DNA of 63,527 nucleotides, counting the filler, from Octopus bimaculoides (taxonomy: Eukaryota): the NCBI RefSeq assembly GCF_001194135.2. It is 3 parts of 3 records of this genome, joined end to end, with 100 filler letters (N's around TTAATTAATTAA, not from the genome) between each part and the next. Parts side by side here need not be neighbours in the genome. Positions count along the whole stretch, not along the records: positions 1 to 18,155 come from NC_068991.1; positions 18,256 to 46,442 come from NC_069000.1; 1 more part is not named here. The stretch is one strand, 5' to 3'. Each line of letters opens with the position of its first letter. Position 1 is the stretch's first letter. Below are positions 11,989 through 22,014 of this stretch, one piece after another. The notes beneath the pieces were generated by a model. The model had not been told where the DNA came from. It saw nothing but the letters and a program-made list of their open reading frames with translations, and searched no databases. A program made the position numbers and the translations under genes.

Positions 11989-11994
11989 TTTATT
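11989..11994 (-). promoter_or_regulatory. Probable polyadenylation signal (AATAAA) of the minus-strand gene
   Basis: TTTATT on plus, ~590 nt past the stop, followed on minus by a GU/U-rich tract (GAGTTGTTTTT). Confidence 0.5.
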
Positions 11995-12577
11995 TATAAT
12001 GCAAGCTTTACAGAACACTTTTTAATAATAAAGTCATAAAACAATATTTTAAAGCATTTTTCTATGAATTTAAAGTAACAATAACTGAATATTGAATACC
12101 AGTAAATTGCATTCAAAAGAATGATATATATGTAGCATACAGTGTATACATATATCACAAAGAAACATTTGTTAACTAGCTCTACACTTGACCACAAGAA
12201 GATTCAACCAGTTTTCTATCAGACGAAATTAGAATCTGTTTTGTAAGCAAGAAACATAGTCTATTGAGTTGGACAGTTGCATTATACTTGGATACTTTTT
12301 ACAAGTAGCCAAAATCCAAAGCAGATTAAAGGCAAATTATCATTAAATGATACCATTTTGGATATAAACATATTATATTTGTCGTGTTTAATAGCATTCC
12401 GGGAAATATTTCAACTTTGGCCAAAACTAATTTTTATCTGAATTCTAAGATGAAATTTGGCTAGTCTGACTAAATAGGGTATAATTACAGCTAAAGCTTT
12501 GTCAAAATATGCATTTCTCATGTGCAGAATTTCATTTGAGTGTATATATTTGCACTTAGTGTTCAGGTCACATGTCT

Positions 12578-12819
12578 TCAGAAGTTGAATCCATCATCAC
12601 AAAATCCATCATTGTTACCAAGATCAAAGTTATTAGTGTCAAAACTGTTATCAACATCAGTGAAGTCAGTGTTCTCAATATTTGTGTTATCAACATCATA
12701 ATAATTGTTGATCTGGATATTTTGGCTATCATCAAATCCTGTATACCCACCACCATAGCCACCACCTGGAAACCATCCAGCACCAAGGCCAAATCCCAGG
12801 GCATCACCCAAAAGGAGAC
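12578..12819 (-). CDS. Terminal coding exon of an uncharacterised Pro-rich / Gly-zipper / acidic-tail protein
   Basis: Acceptor tttctgttacag|GT, phase 1. Reads (G)LLLGDALGFGLGAGWFPGGGYGGGYTGFDDSQNIQINNYYDVDNTNIENTDFTDVDNSFDTNNFDLGNNDGFCDDGFNF*. Joins in frame with the exon at 13575-13760. Confidence 0.85.
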
Positions 12820-12960
12820 CTGTAACAGAAAGTATAATTCAGGATTATGTCTATACTGTATTTACAAGTAGCTGAAGAATAGATGGCCTATATTACATCA
12901 CAATCACTGAGCTGTAACATGGAAAAGATATTCAGTATATACTATAAAATAACATGCAAA

Positions 12961-13150
12961 GATTATCATCATCATCATTATTTTAACATCCACTTTTCCA
13001 TGCTTTCATGAGTCAGGTAGAATTTGCTGTGACAGATTTTCTGCAGCCAGATACTCTTTCTGTCACTGATTCTCATTTCTCCATGGCTAGACATGTTTTC
13101 CATGAAAACTTTGAAATGAATAACGTCACCTGTACGACAGTGACTCACAT
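12961..13150 (-). mobile_element. Degenerate RTE-type 3' tail with (GAT)n end
   Basis: CATCATCATCATTATTTTAACATCCACTTTTCCATGC is homologous to the copy at 17981-18155. Confidence 0.6.
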
Positions 13151-13289
13151 TCATCACATGATGTTGAGACAAGTGGACACATGTATGCACACACACACAC
13201 ACACACAAATATACAGACACGTACTAATGCATGCACACATACATGCATATATGTGCACATACACAATCGTGCACACACACACACACACA

Positions 13290-13460
13290 CACACACAAAG
13301 GGCTTCTTTCAGTTTCTGTCAATCAAATCCACTACACAAGGCTTTGATCATTCTGAGGTTATAGTAGAAGACACATGTCCAAAGTGCCATACAGTGGGAC
13401 TGAACCCAGAACCATGTGGCTGGAAAGCAAACATCTTACCACACAGCTATGCTGTGCCTA
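13290..13460 (-). mobile_element. SINE family A, 5' half
   Basis: Reverse complement of the head GCTGTGTGGTAAGATGTTTGC...GGTTCTGGGTTCAGTCCCACTG through GAAAGAAGCCC, then (TG)n. Confidence 0.8.
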
Positions 13461-13574
13461 TAATTGCCAGATATTTATTCTATTAACCTTATGGGAGTCT
13501 CACTAATATAATAAAAAGTACATTTGGTAGAAGGAGTAATTGAACTCAGAATTTATAAGAAAAAATTAAATAAC

Positions 13575-13760
13575 CTGAGACAAATCCATCATTGGAACTT
13601 CTCTCTTCCCGGACAATAACAGTCTGTGATGGTGGCTGTTGCATTCTTGGATATCCTACAGGAGAAATGGTTGTCACCTGCTGTTGGTACATTGGTGGAT
13701 AACTTGGTAGAGCCCTGTTGGTGTTTGTACCAAAGTTATTTGGCAGATAATAAGGTCCAC
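13575..13760 (-). CDS. Internal coding exon (186 nt, phase 1-1) of the same gene
   Basis: aatctatttcag|GT...TCAG|gttatt. Stop-free (G)GPYYLPNNFGTNTNRALPSYPPMYQQQVTTISPVGYPRMQQPPSQTVIVREERSSNDGFVS(G). Phases match both neighbouring exons. Confidence 0.85.
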
Positions 13761-13814
13761 CTGAAATAGATTCACAGAGTTTATTAATGTCAATGTTACA
13801 AACAATTTGTTGTT

Positions 13815-14116
13815 GTTGTTGGTTCCTTCTTGAGCCATGCCTGGCTCATAAGGGCAGGTTTCCCGGTTTCATTGGAGTATAGGTTCCCCACCTGGACAGG
13901 ATGCTGATCCATCACAAGTGAACTACTAGATGCAGGAGGAAAGAGTGTGAGAAAGTTGTAGCAAAAGAGTCAGCAGAAGTTTGCCATTACCTTCTGCTGG
14001 AGCTGCATGGAGCTTAGGTGTTTCACTCATAAACACACACATCACCTGATAGATTCGAACCTGTGGTCCCTTGACCATGAGTCCACTACTCTAACCACTA
14101 GGCCATGTGCCTCCAC
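13815..14116 (-). mobile_element. tRNA-headed SINE family D
   Basis: Minus strand GTGGAGGCACATGGCCTAGTGGTTAG (A box) and GGTTCGAATC (B box, 14052-14061). Homologous to 24205-24387. Confidence 0.8.
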
Positions 14117-14160
14117 GCTACAATTACAGAACAGATATTATCTTGAAATTTTTTTCTTCC

Positions 14161-14707
14161 TTTGAAGAGATTCTTGATTCAGCAAATATCAATGATATGA
14201 GAGATGGCAGGGTGGGGTTACACTGGGCTGGTACTTAATTCATCTGCCCCAAAAGGATAAAAGGTGAAATTGGTCTTGGCATGATTTGAACTTACAGCAC
14301 AAAGAGCTAAAACAAATATCACAATGCACATTATCTTATTCCTAAACACTGCTACCAATCATGTGTGTGTGTGTGTGAGAGAGAGACACACAGACAGACA
14401 GACAGACAGACAGACTGAGAAGATTTGATAACCAGAGACCTGCTACTAGTAGCCATGTAAATTATTTCTTGTTCTTCAGCGTCAAGAACAGCCGGTCTTT
14501 CTGTCTTTGAATAGATTCCTGATTCAGCAAATATCTAGGTTGTGAGAGAGAGAGGTAAGGGTGGTTTACACTGGGCTGGTACTTAATTTATCTGTTCTAA
14601 AAGGATAAAAGGCAAAGTTGATCTTTGCATGACTTGAACTCACAGCACAGAGAGTTGAAACAAATATCACAATGCATTCTATCTTATTCCTAAATAATAC
14701 TACCAAT

Positions 14708-14745
<38 letters not shown>

Positions 14746-14872
14746 AGATAGAGAGAGAGAGAGAGAGACAAAGAGTGAGAGATAGAGAGAGAGAAAGAAA
14801 TACGAAAGATCTGATAACCAGAAACCGGTAGCCTTGTAAATTCTTTCTTGTTCTTCAGAGTCAAGAACAGCA
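14161..14872. repeat. Diverged ~345-bp tandem duplication (14161-14495 / 14506-14872), intronic
   Basis: Both units share GATTCAGCAAATATC, TACACTGGGCTGGTACTTAATT, AAACAAATATCACAATGCA, TACCAATCATGTGTG and TTCTTGTTCTTCAG.GTCAAGAACAGC. Confidence 0.85.
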
Positions 14873-15432
14873 GAGAAAAGTTAGGCTCCATANNNNNNNN
14901 NNNNNNNNNNNNNNNNNNNNNNNNNNNNNNNNNNNNNNNNNNNNNNNNNNNNNNNNNNNNNNNNNNNNNNNNNNNNNNNNNNNNNNNNNNNNNNNNNNNN
15001 NNNNNNNNNNNNNNNNNNNNNNNNNNNNNNNNNNNNNNNNNNNNNNNNNNNNNNNNNNNNNNNNNNNNNNNNNNNNNNNNNNNNNNNNNNNNNNNNNNNN
15101 NNNNNNNNNNNNNNNNNNNNNNNNNNNNNNNNNNNNNNNNNNNNNNNNNNNNNNNNNNNNNNNNNNNNNNNNNNNNNNNNNNNNNNNNNNNNNNNNNNNN
15201 NNNNNNNNNNNNNNNNNNNNNNNNNNNNNNNNNNNNNNNNNNNNNNNNNNNNNNNNNNNNNNNNNNNNNNNNNNNNNNNNNNNNNNNNNNNNNNNNNNNN
15301 NNNNNNNNNNNNNNNNNNNNNNNNNNNNNNNNNNNNNNNNNNNNNNNNNNNNNNNNNNNNNNNNNNNNNNNNNNNNNNNNNNNNNNNNNNNNNNNNNNNN
15401 NNNNNNNNNNNNNNNNNNNNNNNNNNNNNNNN

Positions 15433-15562
15433 GAGAACTACGTTAAGGGTACACGTGTCTGTGGAGTGCTCAGCCACTTGCACGTTAATTTCACGAGCAG
15501 GCTGTTCTGTTGATCAGATCAACTGGAACCCTCGACGTCGTAAGCGATGGAGTGCCAACAAA
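15433..15562 (+). mobile_element. SINE family C, 3' part (5' end lost in gap)
   Basis: GAGAACTACGTTAAGGGTACACGTGTCTGTGGAGTG... is homologous to 42266-42390. Confidence 0.8.
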
Positions 15563-15690
15563 ACAATCTGTGACTAGACAAAACAATAGCAATAACAGCC
15601 TTTCACTCGTTTGCACAGTTGCTCTTCACAAAGCTCTTCAGTAATGCAGTTTACAACATATATATATATCTGTAATAGATGCCATAGTAC

Positions 15691-15829
15691 CAGGAGGTGG
15701 TGGTGGTGGTGGTAGTGGTGGTAGTGGTTGCAGTGGTGGTGTTGAAAAGGGTGGCTGTGGAAGCATGTTTACAGAAGCTTCAGTGCAAAGTAGTTCACCG
15801 TTGCTACTAACTGGCTGTCGTTGTGGCAA
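15691..15829 (-). CDS. Internal coding exon (139 nt, phase 0-1) of the same gene, polyproline
   Basis: attattttttttgcag|TTG...CCTG|gtacta. Reads LPQRQPVSSNGELLCTEASVNMLPQPPFSTPPLQPLPPLPPPPPPP(G). In frame with the next exon. Confidence 0.8.
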
Positions 15830-17478
15830 CTGCAAAAAAAATAATTAAGTAAGATAAATAGAAAAAAGGATTTTGAATATTTTAAACAAGAAGACTACAG
15901 ACAACATAATTTTTAACACAGACACAAAAACCTCAGATATTTCAACAAGAGAAATGAGATAAAGTGTATTGATGTCTTTCTCAAAAGAACTCAAAGTGAC
16001 AAGAGAAGTGAAATAAATTGCAACCAGGAAAGAAAACCACATGAGAGACTCAATTCACCGATTGCTTAATTCTTGCTCTATATTGGATCTCACTGTACTA
16101 ATTATACACGATGTGATGGCTTACATACTAATTGGTTTAATACTATGTTCTGATTCTTTTATCCTTTTGCTGGTTTGTCATAGAACTGTGACTATGCTAG
16201 AGGGCTGCCTTCAAGGTTTCTGCCAATTATATCAACCCCAGCATTTCATCTAGTACTTATTTTATTGATCCCATAAGAAATGAAAGATGAAGTTTCCCAT
16301 GGAATAAAGGGATGTAAATCAAACGAAGCTAACAACTTAAAGGCTTTTCTTTTTCTTTTTTGAAGAACTGGAAAATACCTGATTAATTTGTTGATAATTT
16401 TCCAGCCTAATAATTTTAGGTCTAAGGGGGATAACTCTTTTAACTTTTTTACTTTCCACGTTTTAGTTTTTGTTTTCATTATCTATTTTTCATTTTCCAT
16501 TTTTCATTTTCCTTTTTTTTAACCTTCCACATTTTCTATATGCTGCCTTCTCAACTTTTTCATATTTCTTCTCTTATTTAATTTTTTTAGTTCAGTATGA
16601 TATGTGGCTTGTGCCTGTATGTTTCAGATATTTCTTAACATATGAAACTATTAGTAGCACTTAAAAAATATGTATTATGTCCTTTAAATAAATTATGTAT
16701 GTATGTATGTATGTATNNNNNNNNNNNNNNNNNNNNNNNNNNNNNNNNNNNNNNNNNNNNNNNNNNNNNNNNNNNNNNNNNNNNNNNNNNNNNNNNNNNN
16801 NNNNNNNNNNNNNNNNNNNNNNNNNNNNNNNNNNNNNNNNNNNNNNNNNNNNNNNNNNNNNNNNNNNNNNNNNNNNNNNNNNNNNNNNNNNNNNNNNNNN
16901 NNNNNNNNNNNNNNNNNNNNNNNNNNNNNNNNNNNNNNNNNNNNNNNNNNNNNNNNNNNNNNNNNNNNNNNNNNNNNNNNNNNNNNNNNNNNNNNNNNNN
17001 NNNNNNNNNNNNNNNNNNNNNNNNNNNNNNNNNNNNNNNNNNNNNNNNNNNNNNNNNNNNNNNNNNNNNNNNNNNNNNNNNNNNNNNNNNNNNNNNNNNN
17101 NNNNNNNNNNNNNNNNNNNNNNNNNNNNNNNNNNNNNNNNNNNNNNNNNNNNNNNNNNNNNNNNNNNNNNNNNNNNNNNNNNNNNNNNNNNNNNNNNNNN
17201 NNNNNNNNNNNNNNNNNNNNNNNNNNNNNNNNNNNNNNNNNNNNNNNNNNNNNNNNNNNNNNNNNNNNNNNNNNNNNNNNNNNNNNNNNNNNNNNNNNNN
17301 NNNNNNNNNNNNNNNNNNNNNNNNNNNNNNNNNNNNNNNNNNNNNNNNNNNNNNNNNNNNNNNNNNNNNNNNNNNNNNNNNNNNNNNNNNNNNNNNNNNN
17401 NNNNNNNNNNNNNNNNNNNNNNNNNNNNNNNNNNNNNNNNNNNNNNNNNNNNNNNNNNNNNNNNNNNNNNNNNNNNNC

Positions 17479-17612
17479 GATAGGAATGAGAACCCAGGTT
17501 CGAAATTTCCCCAAGACACCTGACGAAGGCTGGAGGGTATATCAGCCGAAACGTTGTGTTAACAACAAACAAGATGAGGACGAATATCCGTCAAATGTAG
17601 ATAATGTAAATA

Positions 17613-17620
<8 letters not shown>
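17479..17620 (+). mobile_element. Penelope-like element pseudo-LTR end
   Basis: CCAAGACACCTGACGAAGGCTGGAGGGTATATCAGCCGAAACGTTGTG...GTCAAATGTAGATAATGTAAATAATG, a PLE terminal pattern carrying a hammerhead. Confidence 0.7.
17515..17560 (+). ncRNA. Minimal type I hammerhead ribozyme motif
   Basis: Stem I GACAC/GUGUU; core CUGACGA (17520-17526); extra A; stem II GGCUG/CAGCC; GAAA (17548-17551); palindromic ACGU stem III; predicted cleavage GUU^ after 17555. Confidence 0.75.
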
Positions 17621-17654
<34 letters not shown>

Positions 17655-17789
17655 ATGTAAATAATGTGTATATGTGTGTGTGTGTATTTATGTATGTATG
17701 CATGCATGCATGTATATATACACATACATACATACATACATACATACATACATACNNNNNNNNNNTATATATATATATATATATATATA

Positions 17790-17960
17790 TATGTCAGTGG
17801 ATCTGGTTGCCAGAAACTGAAAGAAGTCTGTCCTATATATATGTGTGTTTGTGTCTGTGTTTGTTCTACCCCCGCCATCACTTAGAAACTGATGTTAGTG
17901 TGTTTACGTCCCCATAACTTAGCAGTTCAGCAGAAGATAATGATAGAATAAGCAACAGGT
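17790..17960 (+). mobile_element. SINE family A, internal/3' fragment
   Basis: GAAACTGAAAGAAG...GTGTGTTTACGTCCCCATAACTTAGCAGTTC...GATAGAATAAG. Confidence 0.75.
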
Positions 17961-17980
17961 TTATATATATATATATATAT

Positions 17981-18155
17981 CATCATCATCATCATCATCA
18001 TCGTTTAACGTCCGCTTTCCATGCTAGCATGGGTTGGACGATTTGACTGAGGACTGGTGAAACCGGATGGCAACACCAGGCTCCAGTCTGATTTGGCAGA
18101 GTTTCTACAGCTGGATGCCCTTCCTAACGCCAACCACTCAGAGAGTGTAGTGGGT
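17981..18155 (-). mobile_element. RTE-type 3' tail with (GAT)n
   Basis: Minus strand GGTTGGCGTTAGGAAGGGCATCCAGCTGTAGAAAC...CCAACCCATGCTAGCATGGAAAGCGGACGTTAAACGATGATGATG, a typical RTE LINE/SINE 3' end. Confidence 0.8.
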
Positions 18156-18255
18156 NNNNNNNNNNNNNNNNNNNNNNNNNNNNNNNNNNNNNNNNNNNNT
18201 TAATTAATTAANNNNNNNNNNNNNNNNNNNNNNNNNNNNNNNNNNNNNNNNNNNN

Positions 18256-18297
<42 letters not shown>

Positions 18298-18821
18298 GAG
18301 AAAGAGAGAAAGAAAGAAAGTTATGTTACTGCATGTGCGTTTGTGTGTATGTATATTTGTATGTATGCATGTACGTACGTATGTGTATGTAGGCAAGGCT
18401 GGAAATGTCAAAATCACTTTTGATTGATCTTTGAGTAGATTAAAATTGACGAATCAGGCGAAAACATATTAAGATATTTATATTTAGTTAACATTGTAGC
18501 GCAGAAACCGCAGCAACAGCAGCAGTAACAACAACAACAACATCAAAACGATAGCTATTTCTGAAACTGAAAGGAAAAAAATGGCATTGATATAAACAAC
18601 AACAATAAAAACAATAACGCCAACATGAAATTAAAGATTATATGATGTTTACGTAAAAATGAATATTAGCTATAAGGATATCTAAGGAGACAAACACAAT
18701 CTTGTGTGATGGCCGTTAAGTTGGTTTATTGCTCCGTGGTGCGTTACTGGTAGTCAATTCATCGAGCCCGGAATGTCACGAGCATAACGGAGTCTGTTCA
18801 TAATAACCCTTTCTAATAAAG

Positions 18822-19023
18822 GTACAAGGCTTGAAACCTTTTGCGGGAGGGGATTAGTCGATTGCATCGACCCCAGTATTTTACTGGTACTTAATGTATC
18901 GACCCCAAAAGGATAAAAAGCAAAGTCGACCTCGATGGAATTTGAACCCAGAACGTAAATACGTACCAAATGCTACTAAATATTTTGCCAGGTGGCCTAA
19001 CGACTCTGCCAGTTCGCCGCCTT
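18822..19023 (-). mobile_element. tRNA-headed SINE family B
   Basis: Minus strand AAGGCGGCGAACTGGCAGAGTCGTTAG...GGGTTCAAATTCC...CTTTTATCCTTTTGGGGTCGATAC. Two further degenerate copies follow at ~19085-19360. Confidence 0.85.
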
Positions 19024-19667
19024 AAACCCGTTCATAATAATGACAATTGTTTCTTATTAAGGCATAATGCCATACGTATCGTCAGAGAGTTTCAGTTAAT
19101 TACATCTAACTGTGTTCTTGATCAGTGCCTCATTTTATCGACCCTAGAATGATAATAGACTAAGTTGGCTTGGGTTAAATTTGAACTCCGAATATAAAGG
19201 GCCTGAATAATAATTTCAAATTTTGACAGAAGGCCAGCAATTTCGAGGAGGGGATAAGTCGATTACAATGAACCCAGTACTCATCTGGTACTTATTTTAT
19301 CGACTCCGAAAGGATGAAAATTACAGTCGACCTCAGTGGAATTTGAACTCAGAACAAAGATCCTGAATAATGATACAAGTTGGTTTGTCCCACACTTTAA
19401 TGATTATGTCATATATCTTCTCCCTTGTTTGTTTAAAACTCGTTTGTAACATAGGCACAGAGCCATACATTTCGTGGAGGGAACAGTCAACACCACCAGT
19501 TGACTAATATTCTAGTGTATCAAACCCGGAGTGAAGAAAATAAGCGTTAATTGAGGCGTGATTTAATTCAGAGTGAGACCGCAATGAATACTACTATAAA
19601 TATCCTGTTATTTTATACGCCAGGAGCCATTCAAGAGTACTATAGAGATATGAATATAAAACCTTAC

Positions 19668-19679
19668 GAGGATGTACAT
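19668..19679 (-). CDS. Probable start-codon micro-exon (exon 19668-19684, CDS M-Y-I-L) of the minus-strand gene
   Basis: gcttttcccggcgttgttcag|TTGTG ATG TAC ATC CTC|gtaagg. Ends in phase 0, matching the exon at 15829. Total CDS 12+139+186+242=579 nt = 192 aa plus stop. Confidence 0.45.
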
Positions 19680-20585
19680 CACAACTGAACAACGCCGGGA
19701 AAAGCAGACAAGTTCCGCATTTAAAACACACCAAAAGATTTTTGAATTTAAAACAAATTTCTACTGAATGCCACTCTTAGTTACCTACGCATTCACAACC
19801 TGCCGTAAGTCTTCCACAAAATGATATAACATTACTAATTTTATTGACTATAAATCTCATATTTCTTTGACTTATGAATTATAACATAAATCTTAGCAGA
19901 TATATGTGATGCATCAGCCTGTCCTTTCACTCCAGAAAACAAGATACACACTCCCAAAGCCTTCCTCTGACCAATAAAGAAGATATTAGTTTACTCATTG
20001 GCGATTTCTAATTGTTCTTTTGAACCCAAAATGTAATTTAGTCTGCTTTTAATAGCGAAGAGAAATGTAATCTTCCTCTAGATTCGTTCACGAATAAAAC
20101 ATTCTGGGGAATGATTCACTAGTATTTGTTATTAAAAATCTGCCTTATATTCTACCTGTTGTTGGCAGCGCCAGCGAATGAGGCGTTTTTATTTATGTAT
20201 TTTTTTTTTTTTTCTTACCAAAAGAATATTTGAGTGTATTGTCATTGTTGATGTTGTTTATTTTCGCTCTGTAAACTTTTTAGCTATTAGAATATATTTC
20301 TGTTAAAAAGTCATTTTCTTATGTGAAATGCTTACACCATGCTGAACAATTATATTTCTCTGCAGCTGCATTCAATTGAATTTTTCGATGGACAGACAGA
20401 TAATCCATGGAGATTTCACGGTACGTGGCGTTGTTGATGTCATAATAAAATGTTACAGGATGGATTCTGTGATTATATTTAAAAGAAGCTATGCTTATGG
20501 TGAAACCAAATTAGGCAGAGCGATAACTAGCACCTATATCCACGTCAGCCACAGACAATAATAACAATAATAATTATAATAATTG

Positions 20586-20680
20586 CTTCAAATTTTTCCA
20601 CAAGGGCAGCAATTTGGGGGAGAGGATGAGTCGATTACATCGACCCCGGTATTTTACTGGTATTTTACTGGTATTTTACT
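20586..20680 (-). mobile_element. SINE family B 3' fragment ending in a triplicated 11-mer (GGTATTTTACT x3)
   Basis: TTCAAATTTTTCCACAAGGGCAGCAATTTGGGGGAG...GTCGATTACATCGACCCC; units at 20648, 20659 and 20670. Confidence 0.8.
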
Positions 20681-21930
20681 AAGGCAGATATAGAACGACT
20701 CTATCGGCAAAGAAAAGAGGGAGGCTGCGGACTTTTACAACTGGAATTAACAATGAAGATTGGCCACAATTAGCCTAGAAACCTACCTGAAACACTCTTA
20801 TGACTGTATGTTAAAACTTGTCTTAAAGCATGAAAACAAGAAAGCATCATACTCAGTAACAAAATAGTTGAAGAAATATCTAAGGTTAACTCCAAATACA
20901 ACAAATCCCAGAATTAGACGTACTAGAAACAATCACAGAAAAAGCTAAGCATAGGAAAACCGTGCTAAAACTGATGCCTTAGATATTCTGAATGATAATT
21001 GGCAAGAAAAACCTCTCAATGGTAAATACCGAAAGAGAGCTAATAGTGCCGATGTTGACAAAGCCATTACCCATCAATGATTAGTGACTTCTGGCTTAAA
21101 ATCTGAAGCAGAAGGGTTTATCATAGCAGCCCAAGATGAATGTCTATCTACAAGAAACTACCAGGACAGCATATTAAAGAACAGGAGCTGCCCAACATCT
21201 CGTGTATGTCAACAACAAAATGAAACCATTCATCATGTTCTTTTCAAGTGCAGTCTTCTTGCGCCTACAGAGTATCTCAACAGGCATGATAGAGCAGCAC
21301 AATATATTCCCTGGGTAATTTGCAAAACCCTGGACATGCCCCATGATAAAAACTGGTTGGGACACACCACCTCCAGTTCTTGAAAAATGATCACATCTCA
21401 CTCCTCTGGAACTTCACCATTCAAACTGACAGAAAGATAGATGTAAATGCGACAGACATTATATTGAAAGACTTCAGAGAAAAATCATGCCTCCTCATTG
21501 ATATGACAGTCTCAATCGATATAAATGTATCTGTCCAGACCTACAAACAACAGAGCGAGTATAAAGATCTTGAAATAGAAATTAGCAAAATGTGGAACCT
21601 GAAGACTAAAACAATGCCTGTTGTCATAGGTGCCCAAGGAATGATAGCAAAAGGGGATGGTTGCTACCTAGCTCAGATACCAGGAAAGTCCAAAACGGCA
21701 CAAATTCAAGATAGTGCTCATGGGAACTGCCCATATCCTACGTAAAATATTGTCTCTGTAATCTCAAATTTAAAAACAAACTCATAATTTTCTTATGTTT
21801 TCTTTAAAATTCTCTAGAACAATACTAGGTGCAAAACCAAATATATGATACCCTAGGGATAACACCAACATGAACTTCTAATTTGTTGTCTTTTGAGGTG
21901 TCCGTACAAATACAAAGCAAAGGTCAAACA
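20681..21930 (+). mobile_element. 5'-truncated R4/Dong-type non-LTR retrotransposon (RLE endonuclease), decayed
   Basis: KADIERLY.QRKEGG; SGLKSEAEGFIIAAQD; ETIHHV..CS.LA..EYLNRHD; LLWNF.IQTD; DIILKD....CLLIDMTV; YKDLEIEISKMW...PVVIGA.G. 3'UTR ends GGTCAAACA followed by (GAT)n. Confidence 0.9.
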
Positions 21931-21958
21931 GATGATGATGATGATGATGATGTTGATA

Positions 21959-22014
<56 letters not shown>

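Noticed and set aside
12572-12871. Plus-strand 99-aa ORF (MSSEVESIITK...) and alternative minus-frame 79-aa ORF
   Set aside because: Shadow frames of the real terminal exon, whose frame is fixed by splice phase.
13990-14116. tRNA gene calls for A/B-box sequences (also 24290-24387, 42089-42150)
   Set aside because: They continue into shared SINE bodies and do not form complete cloverleafs.
16110-16180. Minus-strand exon-like segment with gtaagc donor
   Set aside because: The phase-0 frame needed to join the exon at 15829 contains TAG.
18156-18255. TTAATTAATTAA island between N runs (also 46443-46542)
   Set aside because: Both cases are exactly 44 N + 12 bp + 44 N = 100. This is an artificial scaffolding spacer with stops in all frames, not biology.
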